Shown here piece by piece: positions 1 to 8,939 of a stretch of DNA of 38,191 nt. A model generated the notes under the pieces. The model made no database searches, was not told the DNA's origin, and was given only the letters and a program-made list of their open reading frames with translations. Every line of letters begins with the position of its first letter. Position 1 is the first letter of the stretch. The translations under genes were made by a program, and so were the position numbers. Source of the DNA: a virus. Taxonomy: Duplodnaviria > Heunggongvirae > Uroviricota > Caudoviricetes. Location: IMG/VR virus record IMGVR_UViG_2778261499_000008, positions 1 through 38,191 of that record; one strand, 5' to 3'.

Positions 1-219
1 TCACATCCACATAATTTGCTGCCCTGACGGCAACGGGTGCGGCCTTACGGCGTGGACTTCTCCCGGCTTCACGATGTATCTCTGTACCGACTCATAGGTG
101 ATGAACGTGGCGCTGCAATTCACGTTCTGACACTGGTGATAACGCTCTTTTGTCGTGTCAGTGATATAGCGGCTTGTACGCGCATGTGCGGCATGCTGGC
201 ATAAAGGACAATGAAACAT
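1..219 (-). CDS. ogr: Ogr/Delta-family zinc-finger late-gene transcriptional activator
   Basis: 72-aa product MFHCPLCQHAAHARTSRYITDTTKERYHQCQNVNCSATF... with C-x2-C...C-x4-C zinc finger; start trimmed from ORF 1..282 to internal Met (residue 22), giving the 72-aa length of P2 Ogr. Confidence 0.9.
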   Translation of the reverse strand: MFHCPLCQHAAHARTSRYITDTTKERYHQCQNVNCSATFITYESVQRYIVKPGEVHAVRPHPLPSGQQIMWM

Positions 220-300
220 CGCGAGCACCTCTTCCGGTTTTGTTGATAGTGCCATTCTAGTTAATTTATCCTTATAAAACAAATAGATAAAATAAAAACA

Positions 301-1464
301 TCACTCATCATCTTCTGTTTCGTACTCCACATCAGAAAGCCTGACCTCAAGCTCCAAGGACGTCGTGAAGCCGCTATTATTCAGAAAATGTGTCACCTTA
401 GTGATTGTCCAGTCCTGCTCGTCTATGACGCGCTTAAAGCCTGACACTCTGACCGGCGTTTCCGTGTAAATATCAGCCCGACCAGTGGCAAGGCTGATGG
501 AGAACTCCGCAACGCCCCGTTGCAGTTTGTCCCACTTCGCCTGAGCGGCGCGCATGGCCTGTGCTTTCGTGGCATATACCGTGGTCAGGGCAAAAACGTT
601 ATCAGCCTCACCGGCCATGTATTCACCTTCGCGCGCTTCCGGCACTTTGGGCGCTATCTTCTGCCTGACCGGTTTCGCTTTCGGGTGCTCCAGTGCGCGC
701 AGGTGTTTTTCTTTCTTTTTGCGTTTCAGTTTTACCTTCTGCTTTTGCGGCTTCGGGTCTTTGGTGTGTAACCACTTTGCCGTTACGCCGGTGTAGGCTC
801 CACGGTCAGCAATCGCAAAATGATGACGGTCGCCGTCGCTGCGGGTGATGGTGACCTGCGGGATTTTCTTACCGCTGGCCGTCACCCCCTGCCCCGCTTT
901 GAGAAACAACAATTTTCCCATTTTTACCGACACCTCACCGCCGTTGCGTTCTGCAAGACGGGTCAGGAATTTCGCATCAGACTCCTGCGACTGGTCGATG
1001 TGCGGGATTTTAATTCCGGCCAGTGACGGAGCGACACTGGCTTCCAGCCTGTTACGGGAGGCTATCGCCTCAACAATCGCACCGAGCGTGGTGTCATGCC
1101 AGGAACCTTCACGGCGGGAATTGAGCGTCCCGCGGAAATCTGCACTCCGGGCGCGGATGGTGACCACATCCGGCGCGCCCCGGTGTTCAACCTCATCAAC
1201 GGTGAATTTCCCTTTGCATACCAGGGCAAAACCTTTCCAGCCGATATACACCGTCAGGACAGCGCCACGAACCGGCAGCCCGACCTGCCCGTCGGCATCG
1301 TTCAGTTCAATATCAAGCTGGTCAGCCTCAAAACCCCGGTTATCCGTCAGGGTCATACTCATCAGACGGTCGCTGATATTGCCGGTAATATCCCTGCTGT
1401 CGAGCATCAGCATGTAATCCGGCGTCAGCGTACTGCCTGCATCAAATGTCAGTGCATCCAGCAT
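301..1464 (-). CDS. D: Tail protein gpD (late control gene D protein)
   Basis: 387 aa, same length and position as P2 gpD; lysine-rich central linker KPQKQKVKLKRKKKEK; immediately upstream of ogr. Confidence 0.9.
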   Translation of the reverse strand: MLDALTFDAGSTLTPDYMLMLDSRDITGNISDRLMSMTLTDNRGFEADQLDIELNDADGQVGLPVRGAVLTVYIGWKGFALVCKGKFTVDEVEHRGAPDVVTIRARSADFRGTLNSRREGSWHDTTLGAIVEAIASRNRLEASVAPSLAGIKIPHIDQSQESDAKFLTRLAERNGGEVSVKMGKLLFLKAGQGVTASGKKIPQVTITRSDGDRHHFAIADRGAYTGVTAKWLHTKDPKPQKQKVKLKRKKKEKHLRALEHPKAKPVRQKIAPKVPEAREGEYMAGEADNVFALTTVYATKAQAMRAAQAKWDKLQRGVAEFSISLATGRADIYTETPVRVSGFKRVIDEQDWTITKVTHFLNNSGFTTSLELEVRLSDVEYETEDDE

Positions 1465-1943
1465 TATCCCGCCCCCGTCATACCCGTGAATTTAGTCGCC
1501 ATACTGCCAGCCTTACCGATGAGCGATTCCGCCTGTTTACCGATATCGCCATAAAGCGCGGCCAGTGATTCATCAACGCGGGTGAGCGACAGCGTAAAAT
1601 CAATTTTCCGGGGTGTGCCGTCTGCAAAGAAAATACTCCCTGTTTCACTCACCCTGCTGATGACATACATGCCGTAAATCATGCCGGTGCCATCCAGCAA
1701 CGGCCACGCCCGGCCTTCCTCTGCCATCAGCCTGAGCGTGGTCATCGTCAGCTTCCCGCCGGTCAGTTCAGGATAAAGCACACCGGCAAGCGTGATGTTT
1801 TCCTCACCCACACCGAGAAACTGAAAGGCATCCCGTTTACCGATACAGGAATTTGACGGCCAGCGATAATCTGATTCACGCTGCATGGTCTGGTGTGGCA
1901 GCGTCTGGCGCATAAAAACAAACATACCTAACGCGAGCATCAT
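1464..1943 (-). CDS. U: Tail protein gpU
   Basis: 159 aa, P2 gpU length and position between T and D; start overlaps D region. Confidence 0.88.
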   Translation of the reverse strand: MMLALGMFVFMRQTLPHQTMQRESDYRWPSNSCIGKRDAFQFLGVGEENITLAGVLYPELTGGKLTMTTLRLMAEEGRAWPLLDGTGMIYGMYVISRVSETGSIFFADGTPRKIDFTLSLTRVDESLAALYGDIGKQAESLIGKAGSMATKFTGMTGAG

Positions 1944-1957
1944 TTTTCGTCACCTCC

Positions 1958-4405
1958 TTAACCGTCATGCATCATGCTGGCACGGGCGCGCGCACGTTTA
2001 TCCCGCTCGTATTTTTCGAGCGCATCCTGTAACTGGCGGTCGAGCTGTGTCCCCTGCGCAGTACCGCCCGTCAGGTTGATGTGATATTCGTTTTTACTCT
2101 GGTCCACATAAGAGCGGCCAGCCGGTGCCGTAACTGGCTGATAAGCCTGATAGCCAGCATAAGAGCTGGTCGCCGGAATATAACCACCGGTGCCATACGT
2201 GGCGGCATGAGTTCTGGCGGCAGTCTGGTCAAGCGTGCCTGACTCTTTGTTGATGACGCCGAGTTTTTCCAGTACCCAGTCAATACCGCCGCGCAGTTTG
2301 TTGAACGCATTAAGCGGCAGCATCAGCGCGTCAGCCAGTGCCTGCCCGAACATGACGCCCGTGTCACGGCAACGGTTCAGGGTGTCCTGGGTGGCTTTAA
2401 CCGGGGCAATCAGGTTTTTAAACCACTGCCACGCGGCCTGTAACTTTTCACCCAGCCAGTCAAACAGCGGCTTAAGTGGCGTGAACAGTTCCCCCACCGG
2501 CGCAAATGCCGCTTTCAGCCCTTCCACCACACCGCCAAAGAATGCGCTGACAGGCTCCCAGTATTTACGGATAAGCAACGCCCCGGCGACAATGGCGGCC
2601 ACCACGGCCACAACCGGCCAGCTAATCGCCCCGATGGCCGTCATAACAGCACTGCCAACCGTCGTGAAGATTGCCCCCATTGCGCCTGCTGCCGCGATGA
2701 TAGCATTGATGCCAGTGATAACCGGCCAGGCTACAAGACCAATTGCACCGATGATGCCAATAAGCGCCAGCGCGCCACCGGCAATGATGCCAATGGTTGA
2801 CGCCAGTGATTTGTTTTTCTGGATCCAGCCGTCGAGTTTTAACACATACTTTGTGGCCGTCTGTGTGAGCTTGCGCAGTGCGCCTTCCTGCTGGTCAAAC
2901 AGGTCTGTCCCCACCGCCTCATAAGCGGACTGAAACTCCTTAAAGTCACCGCCGAGGTTGTCCTGCATGATATTTACCAGCTCGGCAGTCTTCCCGTTTG
3001 AGGCTTTAAACGCAGCGGTCAGTTTGTCCAGCTTTCCGGTTGAGGCGGCGGTCATCAGCACGGCGGCGGCTGAGCTGGCCTCCTCCCCGAAAATAGTTTT
3101 CATGTATTCAGCCTGCTGGGCAGTACCGAGCCGGTTTTTCTCAAAACTGGCCTGCATTTCTTTCAGAATGGTAAATATTGGCCGGGTGTTTCCCTTGCTG
3201 TCTGAGGTTTTCACGCCAAGCTCTTTGAGTGCATCCCATGCTTTTCCCGTCGGTGCCTGCAGGCGGCTTAACACGGCACGGCTTCCCGTCCCCGCCATTG
3301 AGCCTGTGATTTTTGCATCATGCAGCGCCCCGACCATTGCGGCGGTTTCTTCAATGCTGACACCGGCATTTTTTGCCACAGGTGCGGCATAGGTCAGCGC
3401 ATCGCTCATACCGTCAAAATCGGCGGCGGTTTTGTTCATCGTCATGGAGAGAACATCCCCGATATGAGCAACCTTATCGTTTGAAAGCTGAAAGGCAGAT
3501 TTCATCCCCATCAGCAGGGCGGCGTTTTCTTCCATCGTGCGACGGTTCGCCAGCGCCATATTCAGCGTGACCGGCGTTGCCGCCTGAATGGCATCAACAT
3601 CCCCACCCGCTTTCGCGATGATTATCTGTGCACCGGCCGCATCATCCGCCGAGGCGGCGGTATTGTCGCCGAGCTGGCGCGCCTGCTTGCGTAGCGCGGC
3701 CATTTCGGCGGAGTCTTTTGCCACACCGAGCACGGCCTGTAATTCTGAGTTTTTCTGCGCAAATTCATAACCGGGCATCAGCAGCTTAACACCGGCCATC
3801 GTTCCCGCCGCCGCAATCCCCACACCGGCAGCGCCCACTGAGGCCATATTTCCGGCCAGCTCCTTTCCTGCCTGATAGCGCTGTTTTACTGCGTTAAGTT
3901 TTGCCTGTTGCGCACTGACACGCGCCAGCGCGTCACGCTGCCGGTTAAGCTGTGCGGTGGTTTCACTGATACGGTTTTTCAGTCCCTGCTCATCATGTGC
4001 AAGATTGCGGGTATTAATTCCCACAGCGGCCAGTTCCCGCTGCTGGCGTTTAACGGAATCCGTCAGGCGGTTATATTTCGCCTGTAAGTCCTCCGCCGCT
4101 CGCTTTGCGGATTCCAGCACTTTCGCCTGAGCACGGGTCGGACGTTCGGTGTTTTTAAACTGTGTGGCAAGGGCTTCGGCTTCCTGCCGTGCCTTTTCAA
4201 GTGCATGACCAGTCACGGCGAGCTGCGCACTGGTCTTGCGAAATCCCTCAATACGGGATGCGTGACCGTTCAGCTCGCGCAGTGATTTTTGTGTTTCCCG
4301 GATATCCCCCGACAGCGACTTGCTCGCTGTGCGGATGGATTTAAACGGGCGGGATGCCTGGTCAACAGCCCTGAGCAATACCTGTAATTTTACATTGTTA
4401 CTCAT
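1958..4405 (-). CDS. T: Tail tape measure protein gpT
   Basis: 815 aa, coiled-coil-rich N-terminal half, Gly/Ala-rich hydrophobic segment, position after E/E'; matches P2 gpT length. Confidence 0.9.
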   Translation of the reverse strand: MSNNVKLQVLLRAVDQASRPFKSIRTASKSLSGDIRETQKSLRELNGHASRIEGFRKTSAQLAVTGHALEKARQEAEALATQFKNTERPTRAQAKVLESAKRAAEDLQAKYNRLTDSVKRQQRELAAVGINTRNLAHDEQGLKNRISETTAQLNRQRDALARVSAQQAKLNAVKQRYQAGKELAGNMASVGAAGVGIAAAGTMAGVKLLMPGYEFAQKNSELQAVLGVAKDSAEMAALRKQARQLGDNTAASADDAAGAQIIIAKAGGDVDAIQAATPVTLNMALANRRTMEENAALLMGMKSAFQLSNDKVAHIGDVLSMTMNKTAADFDGMSDALTYAAPVAKNAGVSIEETAAMVGALHDAKITGSMAGTGSRAVLSRLQAPTGKAWDALKELGVKTSDSKGNTRPIFTILKEMQASFEKNRLGTAQQAEYMKTIFGEEASSAAAVLMTAASTGKLDKLTAAFKASNGKTAELVNIMQDNLGGDFKEFQSAYEAVGTDLFDQQEGALRKLTQTATKYVLKLDGWIQKNKSLASTIGIIAGGALALIGIIGAIGLVAWPVITGINAIIAAAGAMGAIFTTVGSAVMTAIGAISWPVVAVVAAIVAGALLIRKYWEPVSAFFGGVVEGLKAAFAPVGELFTPLKPLFDWLGEKLQAAWQWFKNLIAPVKATQDTLNRCRDTGVMFGQALADALMLPLNAFNKLRGGIDWVLEKLGVINKESGTLDQTAARTHAATYGTGGYIPATSSYAGYQAYQPVTAPAGRSYVDQSKNEYHINLTGGTAQGTQLDRQLQDALEKYERDKRARARASMMHDG

Positions 4406-4825
4406 TCGTGTTTCCGCTTCGCCGGAGCGCCTTTTCGCGCCATGTGATGAGTTCGGTCAGGCTCATGGGATACAGTTCTGATGGCGGCCAGTGAAATATC
4501 ACTGCCACATCCGCCATCAGGTCATCGACCGAGAGATTTTTCGGAAACGTCACTGCACCGAGTTCGGCGACAAAAAACCGACCACCTTACCGGCCAGCGC
4601 CACAAGGTCAGGCAGTTCCAGCGCGGCGACTTCCTGCTCGGTCAGCATCGGTGCCGTCATGCGCGGCAGCACTTTAATCAGTGCATCGACTTCGGAGTTC
4701 GCGACTGCAGCCAGACTGACACCGCGTAGCGTCCCGGCATTGGGTTTCATCAGCGTGACCTGTTCGATAACCTGCTCACCACGTTTGACCGGATTGTCCA
4801 GGGTAATGACGTTTTCTTTGTTCAT
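4398..4825 (-). CDS. E+E': Tail assembly chaperone gpE+E' produced by programmed -1 ribosomal frameshift
   Basis: Slippery heptamer T TTT TTG (minus strand, about 4577..4571) sits in the zero frame at codons Phe-Leu of E (GGT TTT TTG = G-F-L). The -1 frame is open from there to a TAA at 4400..4398 overlapping the T start, giving 85 + 57 = 142 aa, the length of P2 E+E'. The +1 frame stops almost immediately. Confidence 0.8.
4550..4825 (-). CDS. E: Tail assembly chaperone gpE
   Basis: 91 aa ending ...VVGFLSPNSVQ; P2 gpE length and position between FII and T. Confidence 0.9.
   Translation of the reverse strand: MNKENVITLDNPVKRGEQVIEQVTLMKPNAGTLRGVSLAAVANSEVDALIKVLPRMTAPMLTEQEVAALELPDLVALAGKVVGFLSPNSVQ
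4571..4577 (-). other. Programmed -1 frameshift slippery site (T TTT TTG)
   Basis: Heptamer in the correct register relative to the E reading frame; classic tail-chaperone G/GT-type frameshift arrangement upstream of the tape measure gene. Confidence 0.75.
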
Positions 4826-4881
4826 GGTTTTCTCACTTCTGAATCGGGGTTAACCGGTCAGCCAGGCTGACCGGATGAAAA

Positions 4882-5400
4882 TCACAGGCCGATATTGCGG
4901 CGGTGTTGCTCCAGCCGGTCGACGCCGTTCACCTTCTCAATCATGTTGATGGTGTCGATTTCGACCAGCTCCTTACCGTCCATCGTCAGCCGGAAATAGG
5001 TGCAGACCACGGAGATTTTCGACTCGGTGTCTTCTCCCTGTTTGCCCTCGCCGGTGTCGATTTCTTTCTGACGTCCACGCATGACCACCTCGACGGCCAC
5101 CGTTTCGCCGGTATCGTCGCGCTGGTAAGAGCCTGCAAAACGAATCGGTACGGCATCCACACCGGTTGCGGCGTAAAGCTCCCAGATAACCGAATCCGGG
5201 AAGCCACCGAGCGACCACTCCATTGACAGCGCATCGTCATCAAGGCCGAGGTCTACCGGTGCGCTGCCGTTCATCCCCGCACCGCGATAGTTTTCGAGCT
5301 TACGGGTCAGTTTTGGCAGCGTGACGGACTTCGCGACGCCCTGATAGTTGTAGCCGTTCAGAAAGACGTTCATTAACTTGAGTTTGCGCGGCATTGCCAT
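4882..5400 (-). CDS. FII: Tail tube protein gpFII
   Basis: 172 aa, P2 FII length and position downstream of the sheath gene. Confidence 0.9.
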   Translation of the reverse strand: MAMPRKLKLMNVFLNGYNYQGVAKSVTLPKLTRKLENYRGAGMNGSAPVDLGLDDDALSMEWSLGGFPDSVIWELYAATGVDAVPIRFAGSYQRDDTGETVAVEVVMRGRQKEIDTGEGKQGEDTESKISVVCTYFRLTMDGKELVEIDTINMIEKVNGVDRLEQHRRNIGL

Positions 5401-5412
5401 CGGTCAGGCTCC

Positions 5413-6603
5413 TTAATTGCTGTTAACCGAGGTGACCAGACTTGCCAGGTATTTATCAGTAATACGCTGGCGCAGGGTCAGGTTTTCGAGAGGAGGCACC
5501 GGGGTATAGTCGTAGTCGATATACAGTTTTCCGGCCTTGAGGGTTTCCGCATCGTTGGATTCTTCGCTGAACCAGCAGGTCGCATCCACGATATAGCCGT
5601 TTGTTTTCAGCTCACGGAATTTGGCATTGATGCCGTCAACGATGTCGCGAATCAGCGTTGCGGTGATGGGCTTGTCCACCGCCCACATGTGCGCCTCAGC
5701 CATCGTGTCGGCCAGCACCTGCGCGGTGCGGGTGTAGTTTTCAAAGAGGAACAGCGGGTCATCAGAGCAGGTACGGTTACCCCAGAAGCGGAAACCGTCA
5801 CGGCGAATCAGCGTAGTGACGCCTGACTCGTTAAGCAGGTCAGCATCGGTGCCGGACTCCTGCAAATCCCAGAATACAGATGCGCTGATGCCGGTAACAC
5901 CGTTTACCCCAACGTTGGACAGCGTTTTATGCCAGCCCTGCTCCTGGTCGATTTTAGCGCGCAGACCCAGCGCACGGGCGGTGGCATGCGCGGTGGCGGT
6001 GGTACTGGTGACCGTATCCCATGCGAGGAAATCCGGCCAGATGACCATCAGCTCACGCTGGCTGAAATTCTGGCGGTAGGCTTTCACCTCGGAAATGGTC
6101 TTACAGCCCCATGCGCTGATATATCCGAAAGCGCGCAGCTTCTGACAGACTGATGCCAGTGCAACAGCCACCTCTTTGGTATCCAGCCCCGGCACACCAA
6201 GAATACGCGGTTTAACACCGGTTACCGACTCCGCCGCCAGCAGGGCTTTCAGTCCGGTGTACTGACCGTTTTCGTCAGTGGTGCCGATAATATTAGAAAC
6301 GGTCTGCGCGAGTTTCGTTTCCTCGTCATCACCGGTGCCGTCTTCCACGCGCACGACAACGGTGACCGGTTTTGACTGGTCAGCGATGGCCTGCAACGAT
6401 GCCGCCAGCGTGCCTTTTTTACCGGCCTTTGCAATTGCACTCTGCACATTGGTAATCAGCACAGGTTTATTGAGGGGGAAGGTTTCCGCATCCGCATCGC
6501 TGGCCGTGCAGACCATGCCGACAATGGCAGTGGATACGGTGGAAATGACGCGTGTGCCGTCGTTAATCTCCAGCACCTGCACGCCGTGATGATAGTCACT
6601 CAT
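5413..6603 (-). CDS. FI: Contractile tail sheath protein gpFI
   Basis: 396 aa, P2 FI length; GGAG Shine-Dalgarno 8 nt upstream of ATG; first gene of the FI-FII-E-T-U-D block. Confidence 0.9.
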   Translation of the reverse strand: MSDYHHGVQVLEINDGTRVISTVSTAIVGMVCTASDADAETFPLNKPVLITNVQSAIAKAGKKGTLAASLQAIADQSKPVTVVVRVEDGTGDDEETKLAQTVSNIIGTTDENGQYTGLKALLAAESVTGVKPRILGVPGLDTKEVAVALASVCQKLRAFGYISAWGCKTISEVKAYRQNFSQRELMVIWPDFLAWDTVTSTTATAHATARALGLRAKIDQEQGWHKTLSNVGVNGVTGISASVFWDLQESGTDADLLNESGVTTLIRRDGFRFWGNRTCSDDPLFLFENYTRTAQVLADTMAEAHMWAVDKPITATLIRDIVDGINAKFRELKTNGYIVDATCWFSEESNDAETLKAGKLYIDYDYTPVPPLENLTLRQRITDKYLASLVTSVNSN

Positions 6604-6696
6604 CCGTTTAACTCCGTGGTTAATGGGTGCAACTATTTTCTGTTGTGCAGAGCATGAGGCGCTATTTGACCTGGCTGGTCAGTGGATGAAACAACA

Positions 6697-6726
6697 GATA
6701 AAGAAAAGGCGGGCAATCCGCCCGCC
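6697..6726 (-). terminator. Intrinsic terminator-like hairpin (GGCGGGC-N5-GCCCGCC followed by a T-tract on the minus strand)
   Basis: Perfect 7-bp GC stem with 5-nt loop, followed on the minus strand by TTTTCTTTAT; lies about 90 nt upstream of FI, at the cargo/phage junction. Confidence 0.5.
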
Positions 6727-7035
6727 TGTCCTGACTTGCACTCACTCATTTTCCAACTGACGGTTTACATAGCCCAAACGTTATCAAATCTGACAGTCTG
6801 CTTTGAGCGAGGAGCGGACCAAACCCGGCCAACTGACTCTTAAAGGGGCCGCAGGAATTTTTCGTCTGAACTTTCGAAGCTCCTCTCCCTGAAGACAGAA
6901 AACTTCTGTGTGCTGTGGGAATATTGAATCTTTGCCTTAGATATAAATAATTTTATCCCGCCTGAAGTTTACATTATTTTATTTATCTGTTTTTCTAAAT
7001 CAGACTGCACTCCTTACTTAAATCAGGAGCCAGTC

Positions 7036-8235
7036 ATGCCATTTGTTATTTATGTGTTTACTATCAGTGCCTTTGCGCTCGGACTCGCGGAATTTGTCCC
7101 CATTGGGCTGACAGACGTTATGGCTCAGGGGTTGTGTGTGGGTGTGGAGCAGACCGGGGCAGCGGTTACAACCTATGCACTGGGGGCAACGTTCGCGGCA
7201 CCCGTACTGTCTGCGCTGACAGCAAGCTGGAGCCGGAAAAATGTAATGCTTACAACTGCCGTTGTGTTTACTGCCGGTAGTCTGGCGGCCGCGTTTGCAG
7301 CCACATTACCTCAGCTCCTGTTAGCGCGGTTCATTGCTGGTCTGGGACACGGCCTGTTTCTGGCTGCGGCATCCAGTACCGCAGCTCGTCTTGCTGGACC
7401 GGGTAAAGCAGGCAGAGCGGTGGCTGTGGTATTTGGTGGCTTTACTCTGGCGATGGCAATCGGCGTACCGCTGAGTACATGGTTGGGGGGGGTGGTCTCA
7501 TGGCGTCCAGTTCTCGGCGCTATTGCCGCTTTTGGCGCGTTCGGATTCCTTGGACTGTTGTTCGGTATGAAAGATCCCGTACGCAGCGTGCCCGGTGAAC
7601 ATAGTGACTCAGCAATGCAGAATATCGGCATGCTGTTTAACCGTAAGTTGCTGGCCGGCGCGCTGGTTACGGTGCTGGCGTATGCAGGCTCGTTTACGGA
7701 TTACACCTTTATCGCACCTATTCTGACGCAGGTGACAGGGGTTACCGGAGCAACGGTGAGTCTGTTTATGCTGGTTTACGGTATTACAGCTGCGGTAGGT
7801 AATATTCTTGGTGGGAAACTTACCGACAGCATGGGGGTTAATCGTGCCAATATACTCATCATTAGCGGCATTGTTGTTGTCGTGCTTGGTATGTGGCTGC
7901 TGTCATCCTCACCGGTGAGCATGGGCATTCTGGTTGCGCTGCTGGGTATGGTGACATTTGCCGCAGTGCCGGCACTGCAGGCCCGTCTGATTGGTGTCGC
8001 TGAGCAACATGCTCCTCATGCGCATGGTGTTGCTGCCGGCCTGAATATTGCGGGCTTCAACTCAGGTATAGCGCTGGGATCAGTACTGGGCAGCATTACT
8101 ATAAGCCACGCCGGTATCGTGTATACCGGTATCAGCGGTGCGATTGTTTCTCTGCTCGGCCTGCTGTTGCTGCTTGCACAAATCCGTCGCAGCCACAGTC
8201 GTAAATTTCAACAGGTTAAAATCGTAGGCCAGTAA
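7036..8235 (+). CDS. MFS-family transporter (12-TM efflux/permease type)
   Basis: 399 aa, highly hydrophobic with Gly/Ala-rich helices throughout, typical MFS topology; AGGAG RBS upstream. Not a P2 gene. Confidence 0.75.
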   Translation: MPFVIYVFTISAFALGLAEFVPIGLTDVMAQGLCVGVEQTGAAVTTYALGATFAAPVLSALTASWSRKNVMLTTAVVFTAGSLAAAFAATLPQLLLARFIAGLGHGLFLAAASSTAARLAGPGKAGRAVAVVFGGFTLAMAIGVPLSTWLGGVVSWRPVLGAIAAFGAFGFLGLLFGMKDPVRSVPGEHSDSAMQNIGMLFNRKLLAGALVTVLAYAGSFTDYTFIAPILTQVTGVTGATVSLFMLVYGITAAVGNILGGKLTDSMGVNRANILIISGIVVVVLGMWLLSSSPVSMGILVALLGMVTFAAVPALQARLIGVAEQHAPHAHGVAAGLNIAGFNSGIALGSVLGSITISHAGIVYTGISGAIVSLLGLLLLLAQIRRSHSRKFQQVKIVGQ

Positions 8236-8246
8236 AGGGAGGTTAT

Positions 8247-8939
8247 ATGCTTACCCGTGAAAATATGCTTAATGGCACATTTGTCAGGGTGCATGAAGCG
8301 CTGCTCCCGGCGAATATGCTCTGGGACGCTGAAAAAATACGCGCATCAATGAACTCTACTCTGGAGGAGCGCCCGACGGGTGCTCCTGTCTGGATATTTG
8401 CCTACGGGTCATTGATGTGGAATCCCGTGCTGGCGATTGAAGAAATGCAACGGGCCCGTCTGAAAGGATGGCAGCGCAGTTTCTGCATTCGTTTGATATC
8501 CGGACGAGCGACTCCTGATGTCCCCGGCAGGATGTTATCGCTCGACGAAGGTGGAATTACCGAAGGTATTGCGTTCAGACTGCCGGAATCGACTCTTATT
8601 AATGAGCTGGAAATTGTCTGGACGCGCGAGATGATAACCGGTCTTTACCGTCCGGTCTGGGCAGACGTTTCGCTAGGAAACGGTGAGGAAATTCAGGCGC
8701 TGGCTTTCGTATCAGACAGACTGCATCCGCATTATGAACAGGACAATCTTACAGCGACCGTAGCGTTGAGCATCGCATCTGCCCGTGGAGACATTGGCAC
8801 GAATGCAGATTATGTATGGAAACTGCAGGCCACTCTGGGTGCGTTGGGAATACGGGATGATTACGTGAGTGAACTGGCCCTTGCTCTGCATGAGGCTCCC
8901 TGTAACGATAAACTTCATCAGCGAGGCGCTTCACTATGA
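8247..8939 (+). CDS. ChaC-like gamma-glutamylcyclotransferase family protein
   Basis: 230 aa with the N-terminal FAYGSLMWNP motif characteristic of the ChaC/GGCT fold; GGGAGG RBS upstream. Confidence 0.65.
   Translation: MLTRENMLNGTFVRVHEALLPANMLWDAEKIRASMNSTLEERPTGAPVWIFAYGSLMWNPVLAIEEMQRARLKGWQRSFCIRLISGRATPDVPGRMLSLDEGGITEGIAFRLPESTLINELEIVWTREMITGLYRPVWADVSLGNGEEIQALAFVSDRLHPHYEQDNLTATVALSIASARGDIGTNADYVWKLQATLGALGIRDDYVSELALALHEAPCNDKLHQRGASL

Noticed and set aside
845-4344. Plus-strand ORFs overlapping D, U and T (for example 845..1417, 1096..1554, 2235..2924, 2958..3392)
   Set aside because: They lie antisense to long, well-supported P2 late genes, have low-complexity or Ser/Ala/Pro-rich translations and no RBS context; treated as shadow ORFs of GC-rich coding sequence.
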